From: a virus
Taxonomy: Duplodnaviria; Caudoviricetes
Length of the DNA stretch: 64,000 nt
Direction: 5' to 3' (one strand)
Virus record (IMG/VR): IMGVR_UViG_3300037851_000542
Location: 195,995 to 259,994 of that record
Shown piece after piece: positions 47,872 to 57,548 of the stretch. The notes under the pieces were generated by a model that was not told where the DNA came from, searched no databases, and saw only the letters and a list, made by a program, of their open reading frames with translations. How positions within the stretch are numbered: the stretch's first letter is position 1; every line of letters begins with the position of its first letter. The translations under genes and the position numbers were made by a program.

Positions 47872-48453
47872 ATGGAATTCTTTTTTACCTCAGATACTCA
47901 TTTTGGACATAAGAATGTTATCAAATACGATAACAGACCATTTTCTAGTATTGAAGAGCACGATGAAGCATTAATAGCCAACTGGAATAGCGCTGTCACT
48001 AAGAAAGACAAAGTATTTTTAGTTGGTGATTTTTCTCTTACTAGTCAAGCTTATTCTAAAGTAGTATTGTCTAGGTTAAACGGACAAATTCATTTGATAA
48101 GAGGTAACCACGACAGGAAGTTGCCAAAGGATGTACTTAGTAAATTTTCTAGAGTAGACTCTGCTTTTTATTGGAGGTTACCTTCCTCTGATCAAGGTAT
48201 TTATATGCATCACTACTCCTGTAGAAGTTGGGACGGAAGCGGCAGAAGAAAGTCTTGGCATATTTTTGGACACGTTCACGGGGCTTTAAATGATAGGCAA
48301 TTAGAATTAGGAATGTCTATGGATGTAGGCATTATGAACAACGATTATAAGCTCTTACACTTAGATGATCTAATTTTAAAGTTTAAGAAGATAGAAGAGA
48401 ACCTGATTTTAAATAATAGAGAAGTTGCAACTCATCACCACGAGGAGCCTTAG
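47872..48453 (+). CDS. Calcineurin-like metallophosphoesterase
   Basis: SDTHFGH, VGDF, GNHD, GHVH. Confidence 0.9.
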   Translation: MEFFFTSDTHFGHKNVIKYDNRPFSSIEEHDEALIANWNSAVTKKDKVFLVGDFSLTSQAYSKVVLSRLNGQIHLIRGNHDRKLPKDVLSKFSRVDSAFYWRLPSSDQGIYMHHYSCRSWDGSGRRKSWHIFGHVHGALNDRQLELGMSMDVGIMNNDYKLLHLDDLILKFKKIEENLILNNREVATHHHEEP

Positions 48454-48848
48454 TGTCTAAAAAATTACCAAATTATATATTACAGCATATACCAAGACTA
48501 AGAGATTTAATAAAAGATACAGTACCTGAGTTTAAAGATAAGGACTTAACACAATATGTAAGGAAAGCCAGTCTTTGGAGTGCTAAGGGTAATTCGTGCT
48601 GGGAATTTAGCTATAAAAGTAAAATAAAATCAGAATTAAAAATTAAGTTTATCAGGGATTGTGGTTATTATTTAGGCTCCTCCGAGATGTGGATGTTATG
48701 TAGCGTTAAAAACTATGACTATCCTATTGAAGACGATTATGATTTTAGATCTTGGCATACTAGTAACTACTGTTGGATAAATATCAGAAACTCTAAGCAG
48801 TTTAATAAACACTGTAAATTTCTACTAACCCCTAAGTATATAATTTGA
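48453..48848 (+). CDS. Hypothetical protein (ends PKYII*)
   Basis: 131 aa; GTG start. Confidence 0.6.
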   Translation: MSKKLPNYILQHIPRLRDLIKDTVPEFKDKDLTQYVRKASLWSAKGNSCWEFSYKSKIKSELKIKFIRDCGYYLGSSEMWMLCSVKNYDYPIEDDYDFRSWHTSNYCWINIRNSKQFNKHCKFLLTPKYII

Positions 48849-48878
48849 TTTAATTTAATTTAATTTATTTGTTTTAAT

Positions 48879-49916
48879 ATGTTTAAACGTGCTCTTACTT
48901 TTGATGATTTAGCTTTAGTACCTCAGTATAATAATATAACTTCAAGGTTAGAGCCTGATCTATCTACCTGGTTAACCAAAGATATTAAAATAGGTATGCC
49001 TTTAATACCTGCTAATATGGACTGTGTGATAGGAGATGAGTTAGCAGATGTTATTATAGAAAGAGGTGGTATGCCTTTTTTTCATAGATTCTCTAACATA
49101 GAAACTCAAAAGGGTTGGATTGAAAAATACCAAGATAAAGCTTTTTATTCTGTAGGTTTAGACTGGGCACATTTAGATACTCTAGTTCAACAAGGTGCTA
49201 AGAATTTAGTGTTTGATATAGCACACGGTCACAGTAATCTAATGTTAAATCAAATAAGTAGGTGTAAATCTACTTATCCAGAAGTAACAATTATAGCCGG
49301 AAATATTTGTACAGCACAGGGATATGTTGATTTAGTAAATGCTGGAGCAGATGCAGTTAAGGCAGGCTGTGGCAGTGGGGCAGCCTGCAGTACAAGAGCT
49401 ACTACAGGCTTTGGAGTTCCTCAATTTACGGCAATTTATGACTGTGCTCAGCAGGCAAAAAAGTATAAAATACCAATTATAGCTGACGGTGGGATTAGAA
49501 ACAGCAGAGATGTTGCTATTGCTTTGGCGGCGGGAGCTTGTTCTGTTATGGTAGGTAAATTGTTTGCACTAACTTATGAGAGTTCGGCTAAAAAAATAGA
49601 AAAACATAAATTAGAAATTGGTGAAAGCGGAGGTTGGAGTACTACAATAACTAAATGTTATAGAGGTCAAGCCAGCTTAGACTTTCAAAATGAGTTGAGG
49701 GGTGGACTTAAAAAGGGCACAGTACCAGAAGGAGAACACTTCTGGGCACCGGTTACTAAGTCAGCAAACGAGGTTATAGACGAGCTTCTAGGAGGTCTAA
49801 GGTCGGCAATGACCTACGGGGGCGCAAGAACAATACAGGAGTTACAAAGAAAAGCAGAGTTTGTTGAGGTTAATCCTAATTCATACGGATTAGAGTCTAG
49901 TATAAGAAAAGATTAG
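48879..49916 (+). CDS. IMP dehydrogenase/GMP reductase family enzyme without CBS domains
   Basis: LTFDDLALVP, PANMD, DIAHGH, GSGAACSTR, IADGGIR, GGLRSAMTY. Confidence 0.92.
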   Translation: MFKRALTFDDLALVPQYNNITSRLEPDLSTWLTKDIKIGMPLIPANMDCVIGDELADVIIERGGMPFFHRFSNIETQKGWIEKYQDKAFYSVGLDWAHLDTLVQQGAKNLVFDIAHGHSNLMLNQISRCKSTYPEVTIIAGNICTAQGYVDLVNAGADAVKAGCGSGAACSTRATTGFGVPQFTAIYDCAQQAKKYKIPIIADGGIRNSRDVAIALAAGACSVMVGKLFALTYESSAKKIEKHKLEIGESGGWSTTITKCYRGQASLDFQNELRGGLKKGTVPEGEHFWAPVTKSANEVIDELLGGLRSAMTYGGARTIQELQRKAEFVEVNPNSYGLESSIRKD

Positions 49917-49917
49917 T

Positions 49918-50373
49918 ATGCAAGAAGTTAAAGCTATAATAGCAGGATCTAGAAGTTATTATAATCCCAAAAATAAAGAAGAGGCTAGAACTTTATATAA
50001 TAAAATAGCACCTATCCTCAACCCTTATAGTCCTCTAACAATTGGCTTAAATTTAGATGAAGCAAAAGCTAATAAGACTAAATATGAGTTACCTAAATAC
50101 AAAATTATAGAGGTAGTATCTGGGACAGCTAAGGGTATAGATTTACTTGGAGAAGATTGGGCAATACATAATTGGGTACCTTTAAAACAATTTCCAGCTA
50201 ATTGGGAAAAATATGATTTAAGTGCAGGACCTATAAGAAATAAACAGATGGCGGAATATGCAGATATATTATTTGCATTTTGGGATATGAAAAGTAATGG
50301 TACCAGAAATATGATTAATCAAATGAGGGCTTTAAATAAGCCCTTTTATGTTTTTGATTTAAATAGTCTTTAA
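49918..50373 (+). CDS. SLOG-family (DUF2493-like) protein
   Basis: IIAGSR, SGTAKGID, AGPIRNKQMA, AFWDMKSNGT. Confidence 0.85.
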   Translation: MQEVKAIIAGSRSYYNPKNKEEARTLYNKIAPILNPYSPLTIGLNLDEAKANKTKYELPKYKIIEVVSGTAKGIDLLGEDWAIHNWVPLKQFPANWEKYDLSAGPIRNKQMAEYADILFAFWDMKSNGTRNMINQMRALNKPFYVFDLNSL

Positions 50374-50376
50374 AAG

Positions 50377-50688
50377 CTATCCCGTAACTACTACTCTTAC
50401 ATCTGCATTACCAAATCTATAGTATTCTATTTCTACGTCCGCAGAAGTACAGGACCTCGCCCACCAACCAAACCCTGTACCACCTGCCGATAAATTAGAA
50501 CCAAAATCATAAAGCATAGCATTATCATTAGTTCCTGGAGAATCATAGAAATAATCTAATCTAAGATTAACATTGCTAGGTAAAGCTCCCAAATTATGGT
50601 TATATACAATAAGAGTGTAAGAAAACCCAGAATTTAGCGGCACGTTAAAAGGAGCAGAAACTTTAGTTTTAGAAACCAGATTTACCAC
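50377..50688 (-). CDS. Hypothetical beta-rich protein
   Basis: 103-aa ORF. Confidence 0.6.
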   Translation of the reverse strand: MVNLVSKTKVSAPFNVPLNSGFSYTLIVYNHNLGALPSNVNLRLDYFYDSPGTNDNAMLYDFGSNLSAGGTGFGWWARSCTSADVEIEYYRFGNADVRVVVTG

Positions 50689-50740
50689 TATAAAGGTACC
50701 CCACGTAATTTATTATAAACTTAATATAGTATTAATTTAA

Positions 50741-50983
50741 TTAAATTATAATAAATACTTTTTTAAGTACCCATTTTGCAGAGGAAGTATCAGACTTTAT
50801 AGTAACAGGTTTACCTAATGTAAAATTCTTAAACTGAGTATCAGTCATAATATAAAGTGCTTTAAATTCATTAACACCCAGTGACTGATAAAAACATTCT
50901 GACTTATTTAAGGCTTTTGATCTTCTTACTCCTCTAGGTGCTATAAATGAGCAATAAAAATTAATCCTAGGTTCGCTATACAT
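50741..50983 (-). CDS. Small protein (KVFIII*)
   Basis: ORF track. Confidence 0.55.
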   Translation of the reverse strand: MYSEPRINFYCSFIAPRGVRRSKALNKSECFYQSLGVNEFKALYIMTDTQFKNFTLGKPVTIKSDTSSAKWVLKKVFIII

Positions 50984-50986
50984 TTT

Positions 50987-51397
50987 TTAGTAGTAAGTTA
51001 GAATAACCCGAGTGTTTAATCCTAAAGCGTTAAGATAGCTTATTATGGCTTCCAAATCTAGGTCAGATTCAGCTGAAAGCAAGTACCCTTGCTCATCCCC
51101 TTCATATTCAGGCAAATCTTTATATGAGTCTCCAAAGCCTCTAGAAATAATTTCAAAATTAGTTTCAAAAACACCTATGGTCCAGATGATAGACTCTCTA
51201 TTTAAATCCTTAAAACTCACAAAAATATTACCTTCTAATAGGTCTAGGCTGTCGATTTTTATAACAGCGTTGTCTAATAATAAGGTAAAATTATAAACTG
51301 ACTCTGGGATTATAGGTTTATCTTGAGCTATATAATCATTTAATGCTTTTAAACTGTCAGCATTAATTAAATGATTTTGTTCTTTAATACAGTTCAT
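50987..51397 (-). CDS. Hypothetical protein
   Basis: 136-aa ORF. Confidence 0.65.
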   Translation of the reverse strand: MNCIKEQNHLINADSLKALNDYIAQDKPIIPESVYNFTLLLDNAVIKIDSLDLLEGNIFVSFKDLNRESIIWTIGVFETNFEIISRGFGDSYKDLPEYEGDEQGYLLSAESDLDLEAIISYLNALGLNTRVILTYY

Positions 51398-51517
51398 ATT
51401 AGTATTAATATTAATTTACATTTCTCTTGACGCTTTTCAATACTAGGTATCCTAAAAATAACAGATCTTCTTTTTTTTAAAATATTCTACTCTGACCTTT
51501 ATTACTTTTATTTTATC

Positions 51518-52453
51518 TTAGATAGGACTGACTTCGCTTGCTAATTTAAGAACCTCGTCCCCGTTTTCTTGTTCAATTAAAAGTGCCGGGTTCTCTGGGG
51601 TTCCGTTTCTAGTAATCAAAGAGCTTTTAATATTCTTTTTAACAGTTCTACGGTAAAGTTGAACAATAGTTCCGGTAGCAGTTCCGCTTCCAAATGACCA
51701 TTTCACTTTCATTCCTACCCTAACACTGGAGTTAGAATAGTTTTTATTAAAAAGGTCTTTAGAATATTCAAAACCGTATTCGCTCGCATTTTCCATAATG
51801 TCCTTAATTTCATCTGAAATTTCATCTGACATTACCATATAAGCCTCAGCCAGCTCTTGAACCTCCTCGTTTTGACCTTCTTTAAATACTTTATTGGCTA
51901 ATTTATCTCCAGCAGCAATCCAGTCTAACATATCTTCCAGAAATGCCTTATCAACATCGTTCATTACATACCTATCTTTAAATTCTGACATACTTACTGT
52001 TCCTGCTTTATTTTTTTTATCAGCCGCTTCCATTTGGTTCCAAAGTTTATTTGCCCAAGCTACACCTGCATCTCCTCCCCAAAGGAGCCAGCTTATATAA
52101 GAGTTTGAAGGTCCACCGTCTGGTTTTTTATCGTCATGGTTCTTTTTAAAGGCAGAATGGCGTGAGAAGAATTTATACATTCTCTTAGCAGTAGCAGGTG
52201 ATACAGTTTCTTTATTTTTTAGCTGCACAGCTCTAGCCACCCCTACGGCTAGACCCCCTCTACCGTATTTTTTTCTTAACTCAAGTCCTCTGGCAGCGGC
52301 TTTAGCAACTCCGTCCGGAGGGGTAAAATCAATATGAGCATACTTCTTAACAATACCAGCATTTAATTTTAAAACCCGAGAAGCAGCTTCAATCTTATTA
52401 TTAATACTAGCAAGATTTTCTAGTGCTTTTAAAATTCTATCTTTAATGTCCAT
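51518..52453 (-). CDS. Multidomain phage protein with a C-terminal DUF2945/Hva1 Tudor-like domain
   Basis: FTPPDGVAKAAARGL...RMYKFFSRH...WLLWGGDAG; VKWSFGSGTATG...ITRNGTPENPALLIEQENG. Confidence 0.7.
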   Translation of the reverse strand: MDIKDRILKALENLASINNKIEAASRVLKLNAGIVKKYAHIDFTPPDGVAKAAARGLELRKKYGRGGLAVGVARAVQLKNKETVSPATAKRMYKFFSRHSAFKKNHDDKKPDGGPSNSYISWLLWGGDAGVAWANKLWNQMEAADKKNKAGTVSMSEFKDRYVMNDVDKAFLEDMLDWIAAGDKLANKVFKEGQNEEVQELAEAYMVMSDEISDEIKDIMENASEYGFEYSKDLFNKNYSNSSVRVGMKVKWSFGSGTATGTIVQLYRRTVKKNIKSSLITRNGTPENPALLIEQENGDEVLKLASEVSPI

Positions 52454-52609
52454 AATAAGGGATTGTTACCAGTTTTAATAAATAATACAGTAAACTTCGT
52501 GTTTAGAGATTTAAGAAGAAAAATATACCACCTAACACATTTGATCTATAGTACACAGATTTTAGATTAAAATATAGTCGTAAACAGTAGAGCTATTTAC
52601 TAGCTGTAG

Positions 52610-52855
52610 TCATAAAAGATATAATTGGTCTACCAATCTAAGTTGAACCTCTATAAATTTTGTTGGTCCTGTATAAAAATTACCAAAGAAGCACTTTTCA
52701 AATTCTCCTATTTTTATTAACTCGTAAAGCTCATAATCGTGAAGTTTAAACTTGTTTTTTATACAATTAGGTGTTCCATAGTAATATTCAATAACATTAT
52801 TAGCTAAGGTAACCTCATAGTGATAAATTAAATCATTACTTATATCCACTGCCAA
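52610..52855 (-). CDS. Small protein (QLYLL*)
   Basis: ORF track. Confidence 0.55.
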   Translation of the reverse strand: MAVDISNDLIYHYEVTLANNVIEYYYGTPNCIKNKFKLHDYELYELIKIGEFEKCFFGNFYTGPTKFIEVQLRLVDQLYLL

Positions 52856-53100
52856 ATCTCCGATATTGATATTCTATAGGTGGTTACCTCATAAGGATCA
52901 TTACCATAACATACCATTTCCATACCATTCATAAATTCCCCTACTGGCAAATCAATGTTATCATAATAATTTAAATCTTCCCCATCTAGCCCAAATTTGT
53001 CATGTATTTTTTCTAATGCTTTTTTAATGTTTACACAGGTGTACTCGCCATAATCACATCTACTTTCATCCCAATAAACAACTGAATAAAGCTTATGCAT
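52840..53100 (-). CDS. Small protein (IWQWI*)
   Basis: ORF track. Confidence 0.65.
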   Translation of the reverse strand: MHKLYSVVYWDESRCDYGEYTCVNIKKALEKIHDKFGLDGEDLNYYDNIDLPVGEFMNGMEMVCYGNDPYEVTTYRISISEIWQWI

Positions 53101-53103
53101 AAA

Positions 53104-53427
53104 TTAAATATAAATAAAAGGTTTTCTCTTCAATACTATGTAGCTCCAGTATGCGATATATCCTGTTCTATCATTACTACTAAGATGACTTCCTTCTAAC
53201 GCCAATTTGTGCAAGTCTTCCGGATATAAAATTACAGGATATCCATTTAAAAATGCTTTTTTATTTTCTCTACTAAACATATAGTGAGAAAATACCTCAT
53301 CAAAACTATTAGTAATTTTTGCCTGGAATGGTATTATACTTTCACAATCTTTACAAACACAAAGTTTAGAATGCTCTATTGTATCTAAGATACTCTCTGA
53401 AAATCTTCTTATAAAGTATTTAGCCAT
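53104..53427 (-). CDS. Small protein (PFIYI*)
   Basis: ORF track; follows a sigma-28-like site. Confidence 0.65.
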   Translation of the reverse strand: MAKYFIRRFSESILDTIEHSKLCVCKDCESIIPFQAKITNSFDEVFSHYMFSRENKKAFLNGYPVILYPEDLHKLALEGSHLSSNDRTGYIAYWSYIVLKRKPFIYI

Positions 53428-53459
53428 TTTAAATATGAATTTTAAAGGTTACATATTTT

Positions 53460-53488
53460 ATATCGGCGCAAAATGAAAATAACTTTAG
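53460..53488 (-). promoter_or_regulatory. Sigma-28-like promoter
   Basis: CTAAAGTT; TAAA-N16-GCCGATAT. Confidence 0.7.
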
Positions 53489-53502
53489 TATTATTTAGTA
53501 GG

Positions 53503-53976
53503 CTACCCTACAGGGTCTATCTGATTAGAATCACACAGGTTATGGAATTCTTCCCTTACATAGTTAGCAAAATTATCCTGAATATAAGAGGCTATCGTTA
53601 CAAATAATTCTGCAGAATCAGGATTATTCTCTAGGTATTCTTTTACTTTTTTGTCTGGATTATACTGCTCATACTCCAATACCTTATCTAAAATGGTTTC
53701 TGGAGTAAATATTAAATCATTAGGTAATCCATATTTAGTCATTGATCTATAAGCATTATAAAGATCATAGATTATATTTCTTAATTTGTCGCAATCTGCT
53801 TGCTTATGAATAAAGATTTCCAGCCCATCAAAATCATCGAAGTTTAAAATAAGAGAAGCTGAAACTGGCTCTAATACTGGGGCAGATAGACTATTAATAT
53901 CATCCCTGTACTTAGTTAGGAATAAAGAAGCCTCTTCTTCCGATTTAAAATTAAGGGTTATTGAATGGGTAGTCAT
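53503..53976 (-). CDS. Hypothetical protein
   Basis: 157-aa ORF. Confidence 0.7.
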   Translation of the reverse strand: MTTHSITLNFKSEEEASLFLTKYRDDINSLSAPVLEPVSASLILNFDDFDGLEIFIHKQADCDKLRNIIYDLYNAYRSMTKYGLPNDLIFTPETILDKVLEYEQYNPDKKVKEYLENNPDSAELFVTIASYIQDNFANYVREEFHNLCDSNQIDPVG

Positions 53977-54016
53977 ATGTATTAACTATATACTATTAAT
54001 GTGCCCGAATCAACAT

Positions 54017-54259
54017 TTAAATAAAATACCACATCTTTTCAACTAAACAATGTCCGTATTGGTAACCTAAGTACCCTGTTGTTAAGTAAAACTCTTTTTG
54101 ATGGATAATACAGTTAGAGATAAGTTCTTCTGGGGTAGCTGACATATCTAGGTCTTCTATAGTCTCAATAAGTATATTGTCTAACTCTTTACAGGTAATA
54201 GACCAAGTTTTATTACCAATAGAAATTTCATCCCAACTTTCAATCAAGTAAGCAGTCAT
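54017..54259 (-). CDS. Small protein (MWYFI*)
   Basis: ORF track. Confidence 0.65.
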   Translation of the reverse strand: MTAYLIESWDEISIGNKTWSITCKELDNILIETIEDLDMSATPEELISNCIIHQKEFYLTTGYLGYQYGHCLVEKMWYFI

Positions 54260-54262
54260 ATC

Positions 54263-54454
54263 CTAAATGTAATAATAGATCTTTTTCATACCTTGATATT
54301 GATAATTAAACCACTGTAGATTTGCAGGTACAGCTAGTTGGATATTAGCAATTTGTTGCCATATGGTTATCAATTCGTCAATATGTGCTGTTTTTTGTTT
54401 TTCAGTAAGCGTTTGATATTTATTTAAAATATAATCATATAGTAAGTAAGGCAT
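54263..54454 (-). CDS. Small protein (IYYYI*)
   Basis: ORF track. Confidence 0.65.
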   Translation of the reverse strand: MPYLLYDYILNKYQTLTEKQKTAHIDELITIWQQIANIQLAVPANLQWFNYQYQGMKKIYYYI

Positions 54455-54495
54455 TTATTAATTATAACATAATCATATTGAAATATAAAGTAATT

Positions 54496-55152
54496 TCAAA
54501 TTACTATGAAAAAATCTTGTAAGTATTGTATTTTAAAATAATAATAATGGTGCCAATCTAATGTTATATTTCCGGGCAAATTACCTAATCTACATAGATA
54601 CCTAAATATTTCATCTGTTACAGGAAACCTAAATGATTCAAACTCCCTTAAGGCTGTTTGTACTGCATACTTTCTATCCACCCCAATATCTATGAAGTAT
54701 TTAATTATATCATACTGACCGTATGCAATGCTTTCCCATAGGTAAGGTTCCAAGGTGTTTCTTGTTTCAGGTAAATTATTAACAAGAAACTCAACTATAG
54801 GTAAGTGCCCATTTCTAATGCTATATTTTAATGCAAGGTATATATCTTTGATAGAAGCATAGGTTTTTGTATTAATTAAATATTTAACTATCTCTAAATG
54901 TCCATCAACTGCCGCTAATTTTAAAGGCGAACTATCTCCTGCAGTTAGTAGCGATTTAACTTTTTCAACCTCAACTACGTACCTAACTATTTCTAGGTTA
55001 CCGTACTGAGAAGCTATATATAAAACTTGCAAAGGGGAACCTGTCTCGTAGTATGTATGAGTAATTGTATCTGCAGGTGGAAGGGTGCCTTGAATAATGT
55101 GTTCCCAGACTAACTTACTTAACTCAGGTGAAGTTATATTTGTATTAGCCAT
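54496..55152 (-). CDS. Ankyrin-repeat protein (ends FFIVI*)
   Basis: About four repeats: ASQYGNLEIVRYVV, AAVDGHLEIVKYLI, SIRNGHLPIVEFLV, SIAYGQYDIIKYFI. Confidence 0.88.
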   Translation of the reverse strand: MANTNITSPELSKLVWEHIIQGTLPPADTITHTYYETGSPLQVLYIASQYGNLEIVRYVVEVEKVKSLLTAGDSSPLKLAAVDGHLEIVKYLINTKTYASIKDIYLALKYSIRNGHLPIVEFLVNNLPETRNTLEPYLWESIAYGQYDIIKYFIDIGVDRKYAVQTALREFESFRFPVTDEIFRYLCRLGNLPGNITLDWHHYYYFKIQYLQDFFIVI

Positions 55153-55154
55153 AA

Positions 55155-55415
55155 TTAAATAAAATAATAAAACGATCTTACAATTTTAAGATCTCTCCAA
55201 GGGTAAGGTAAGTTTAAGGCAAAAAAGTTAAAAGTACCGTCAGGTTTTATAATTTCAGATCTGCATTTATTTACAGATTTGCTCATTTCAACTTCATATT
55301 TATATGCAAGTGCTTTTTCAAAAATCTCTGAAATGTAAACCTCATAGACAATAATATCCGGATAGAAATATTTGTATTTTGCTTTCTCTTTGCTATACCC
55401 TACTAAATAACTCAT
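55155..55415 (-). CDS. Small protein (FYYFI*)
   Basis: Start moved to MSYLVGY, just after the rtcB stop. Confidence 0.65.
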   Translation of the reverse strand: MSYLVGYSKEKAKYKYFYPDIIVYEVYISEIFEKALAYKYEVEMSKSVNKCRSEIIKPDGTFNFFALNLPYPWRDLKIVRSFYYFI

Positions 55416-55416
55416 A

Positions 55417-56769
55417 TTATTTATTTTTTTTCTTCCAAAACGTATTGTCAAAATGCCCTGCCATAATACAACCGTATGGTATTATTTCATCTATTACTTG
55501 CCCAAGATCGAATTCTTCCATTTGCTTCCTAACAGTGTTAGCATTCTTATAAGCACTTGGTAATTCTGAGACATCTATTTGTTTAGAATAGAATCTAATA
55601 TCTAACCCTTTAGTTTCATTTATGAATGTCTGCTCTGGAGATGTATCAATAGAACTTTTATGTTGCGCCCTACTAAAATTTCTACCAGCGCCGTGAGGAG
55701 CAAAGCCTAGGTTAGACTCTGAAGTAGTACCCTTAACGACTAATATAGGCTCACTCATATTTAAGGGTATTAACCTTAAACCATTTACACTATCGGGTAC
55801 AAATTTATTATCTAAAGGCGTAGCCCCCTTAGCGTGATAAAATAAATCACCATCTTTAAAAACAAAGTTATGCTCATTCCAGAATCTATCTAAGGGATCT
55901 ACTTTTATGTTATTACTTACTGCATCGTGTAGAGTAGTATGATTTAACTTAGTCCAAGTTCTAACTATCTGTAAAGCTTGCCAATATGACTCACCTTCTT
56001 TAGTATCAGCAGGAATCCAAGCATTATTTTCAGAAGCTTTTGGGGCAATGTCTTTTAAAAAAGTCTTTGCCACTTTTACACCCTGTGTGTATAAATATGC
56101 CCCAAAACCACGACTACCGTGATGAGTTACCATTACTGTCTCGCCAGTATTTCTAGAAGTACCAACAAAAAGGAAGTGGTTGCCATCACCCTGAGTGCCT
56201 AAATGCCCCTTAGCTAAGCCTAGACTTTTATCAGAATTTAAAAAGCTATTATCTAAAATCTTAGCTTCAAGCTCAGAGGGTAGAGTAGAAAACTTCTCTC
56301 TGCCACCAGCACCAAAGTGTGTAATAGAAAGGGCACTATCCAGAATAAGTTTGGGGGATACGTTTCCAAAGTTAGTCGCCATAACCGAGCAGCAGATATC
56401 AGCGCTGTGCATAGATGGATGAATAGCATTCCTAGTTACTACAATGCCTCCTACGGGTATTTGACCTTCTCCTGTAGGGCAAGCGTCGGGCATAACAGCG
56501 CCTGTAACTACAGTAGGTGTCACCATAATCTGATTCATTACTGAGATTACCTTTTCAACGTTATCCTTCTCATGATCAGATTCCGCTCTGATATTTTGAT
56601 AAAAAGGCAAGGGTGCACAATAAGGTTCAAGATATTTAGGCTGAGCAGACTCCAAATAATCAGTTAAAAATTCACCAGTTAGATTAAACTGATTAATGTG
56701 ATCAATAGCAGATTTAAACCACTTACCTGGTTTGTAACCTAAATCTATTAATGTTTTACCGGTAATCAT
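55417..56769 (-). CDS. rtcB: RtcB RNA ligase
   Basis: MPDACP, SADICCSV, GTQGDGNHF, THHGSRG, HNFV, HAKGA, HGAGR, ELPSAYK. Confidence 0.93.
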   Translation of the reverse strand: MITGKTLIDLGYKPGKWFKSAIDHINQFNLTGEFLTDYLESAQPKYLEPYCAPLPFYQNIRAESDHEKDNVEKVISVMNQIMVTPTVVTGAVMPDACPTGEGQIPVGGIVVTRNAIHPSMHSADICCSVMATNFGNVSPKLILDSALSITHFGAGGREKFSTLPSELEAKILDNSFLNSDKSLGLAKGHLGTQGDGNHFLFVGTSRNTGETVMVTHHGSRGFGAYLYTQGVKVAKTFLKDIAPKASENNAWIPADTKEGESYWQALQIVRTWTKLNHTTLHDAVSNNIKVDPLDRFWNEHNFVFKDGDLFYHAKGATPLDNKFVPDSVNGLRLIPLNMSEPILVVKGTTSESNLGFAPHGAGRNFSRAQHKSSIDTSPEQTFINETKGLDIRFYSKQIDVSELPSAYKNANTVRKQMEEFDLGQVIDEIIPYGCIMAGHFDNTFWKKKNK

Positions 56770-56780
56770 AATCTCATCTT

Positions 56781-57062
56781 TTAAATTAAATAATAAGCTT
56801 TTTCAATAGTTTGAGGGTCAGTAGTTACAATGGGTCTTCTAAGTCCATATTCTGGCAATTCTTTATACTTCATCAGAAAATCAAATGCCCAATAAGGATT
56901 TAAGTATTGCAACATAAGTATCTTAATTATAGTATCCTCGGACCAAGCTATAAAGTATTTTTTAGTAGATTTCACATTCATATTAAAATACTTATGTTTA
57001 TTGTTTTCTCGCTTTAACTCAGTGCATAAAACTGAGTACTTAGGTTCAATTTCCGTTTCCAT
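56781..57062 (-). CDS. Small protein (AYYLI*)
   Basis: ORF track. Confidence 0.65.
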   Translation of the reverse strand: METEIEPKYSVLCTELKRENNKHKYFNMNVKSTKKYFIAWSEDTIIKILMLQYLNPYWAFDFLMKYKELPEYGLRRPIVTTDPQTIEKAYYLI

Positions 57063-57498
57063 AATACTTTAAATAATATAAAAAAAAATTAGCAATTATG
57101 TCTTTAGAATCATCAGCACCTTTGGACATTAAAAAGTGAGCATCATTAAAATGTCTGTTTTCTAAAGCACACTTGAGTGTTTCAGAAAAAGGAGAACAAG
57201 AACTACGCCTGTTCACATTTGCTCCTTGTTCTACAAACCATACCACTACGTCCAGACAACCTTGTGAGGCGGCTGATCTTAAAGCCAGATAACGGTCATA
57301 AGCTATTTCAGAACCGCAAGATACTAAGTACTTTACAGTAGGCAGGTGTCCCCCGTAAGCAGCTTCAAGAAGCGCAATATTCATAGTGCGCTGATCTATA
57401 TCTGTAGACTTAATATAACTCTCGACTAACTCTAAGTTACCATAACTACAAGCTTTATAAAATTCAGGTATTAAATGCTGTTCCATCTTACTCTGCAA
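57046..57498 (-). CDS. Ankyrin-repeat protein
   Basis: ACSYGNLELV, AAYGGHLPTVKYLV, AASQGCLDVVVWFVEQGANVN. Confidence 0.88.
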   Translation of the reverse strand: MQSKMEQHLIPEFYKACSYGNLELVESYIKSTDIDQRTMNIALLEAAYGGHLPTVKYLVSCGSEIAYDRYLALRSAASQGCLDVVVWFVEQGANVNRRSSCSPFSETLKCALENRHFNDAHFLMSKGADDSKDIIANFFLYYLKYYGNGN

Positions 57499-57519
57499 TA
57501 CTTAATAAATACTTAAATT

Positions 57520-57548
57520 ATATCGGCGACTATTTAAATTAACTTTAA
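57520..57548 (-). promoter_or_regulatory. Sigma-28-like promoter
   Basis: TTAAAGTT; TAAA-N16-GCCGATAT, close upstream of the ankyrin gene. Confidence 0.7.

Noticed and set aside
29260-54000. Recurrent intergenic GTATATAGT as a dedicated late promoter
   Set aside because: Explainable as a sigma-70 -10 variant in AT-rich DNA; too few and too low in complexity to support.
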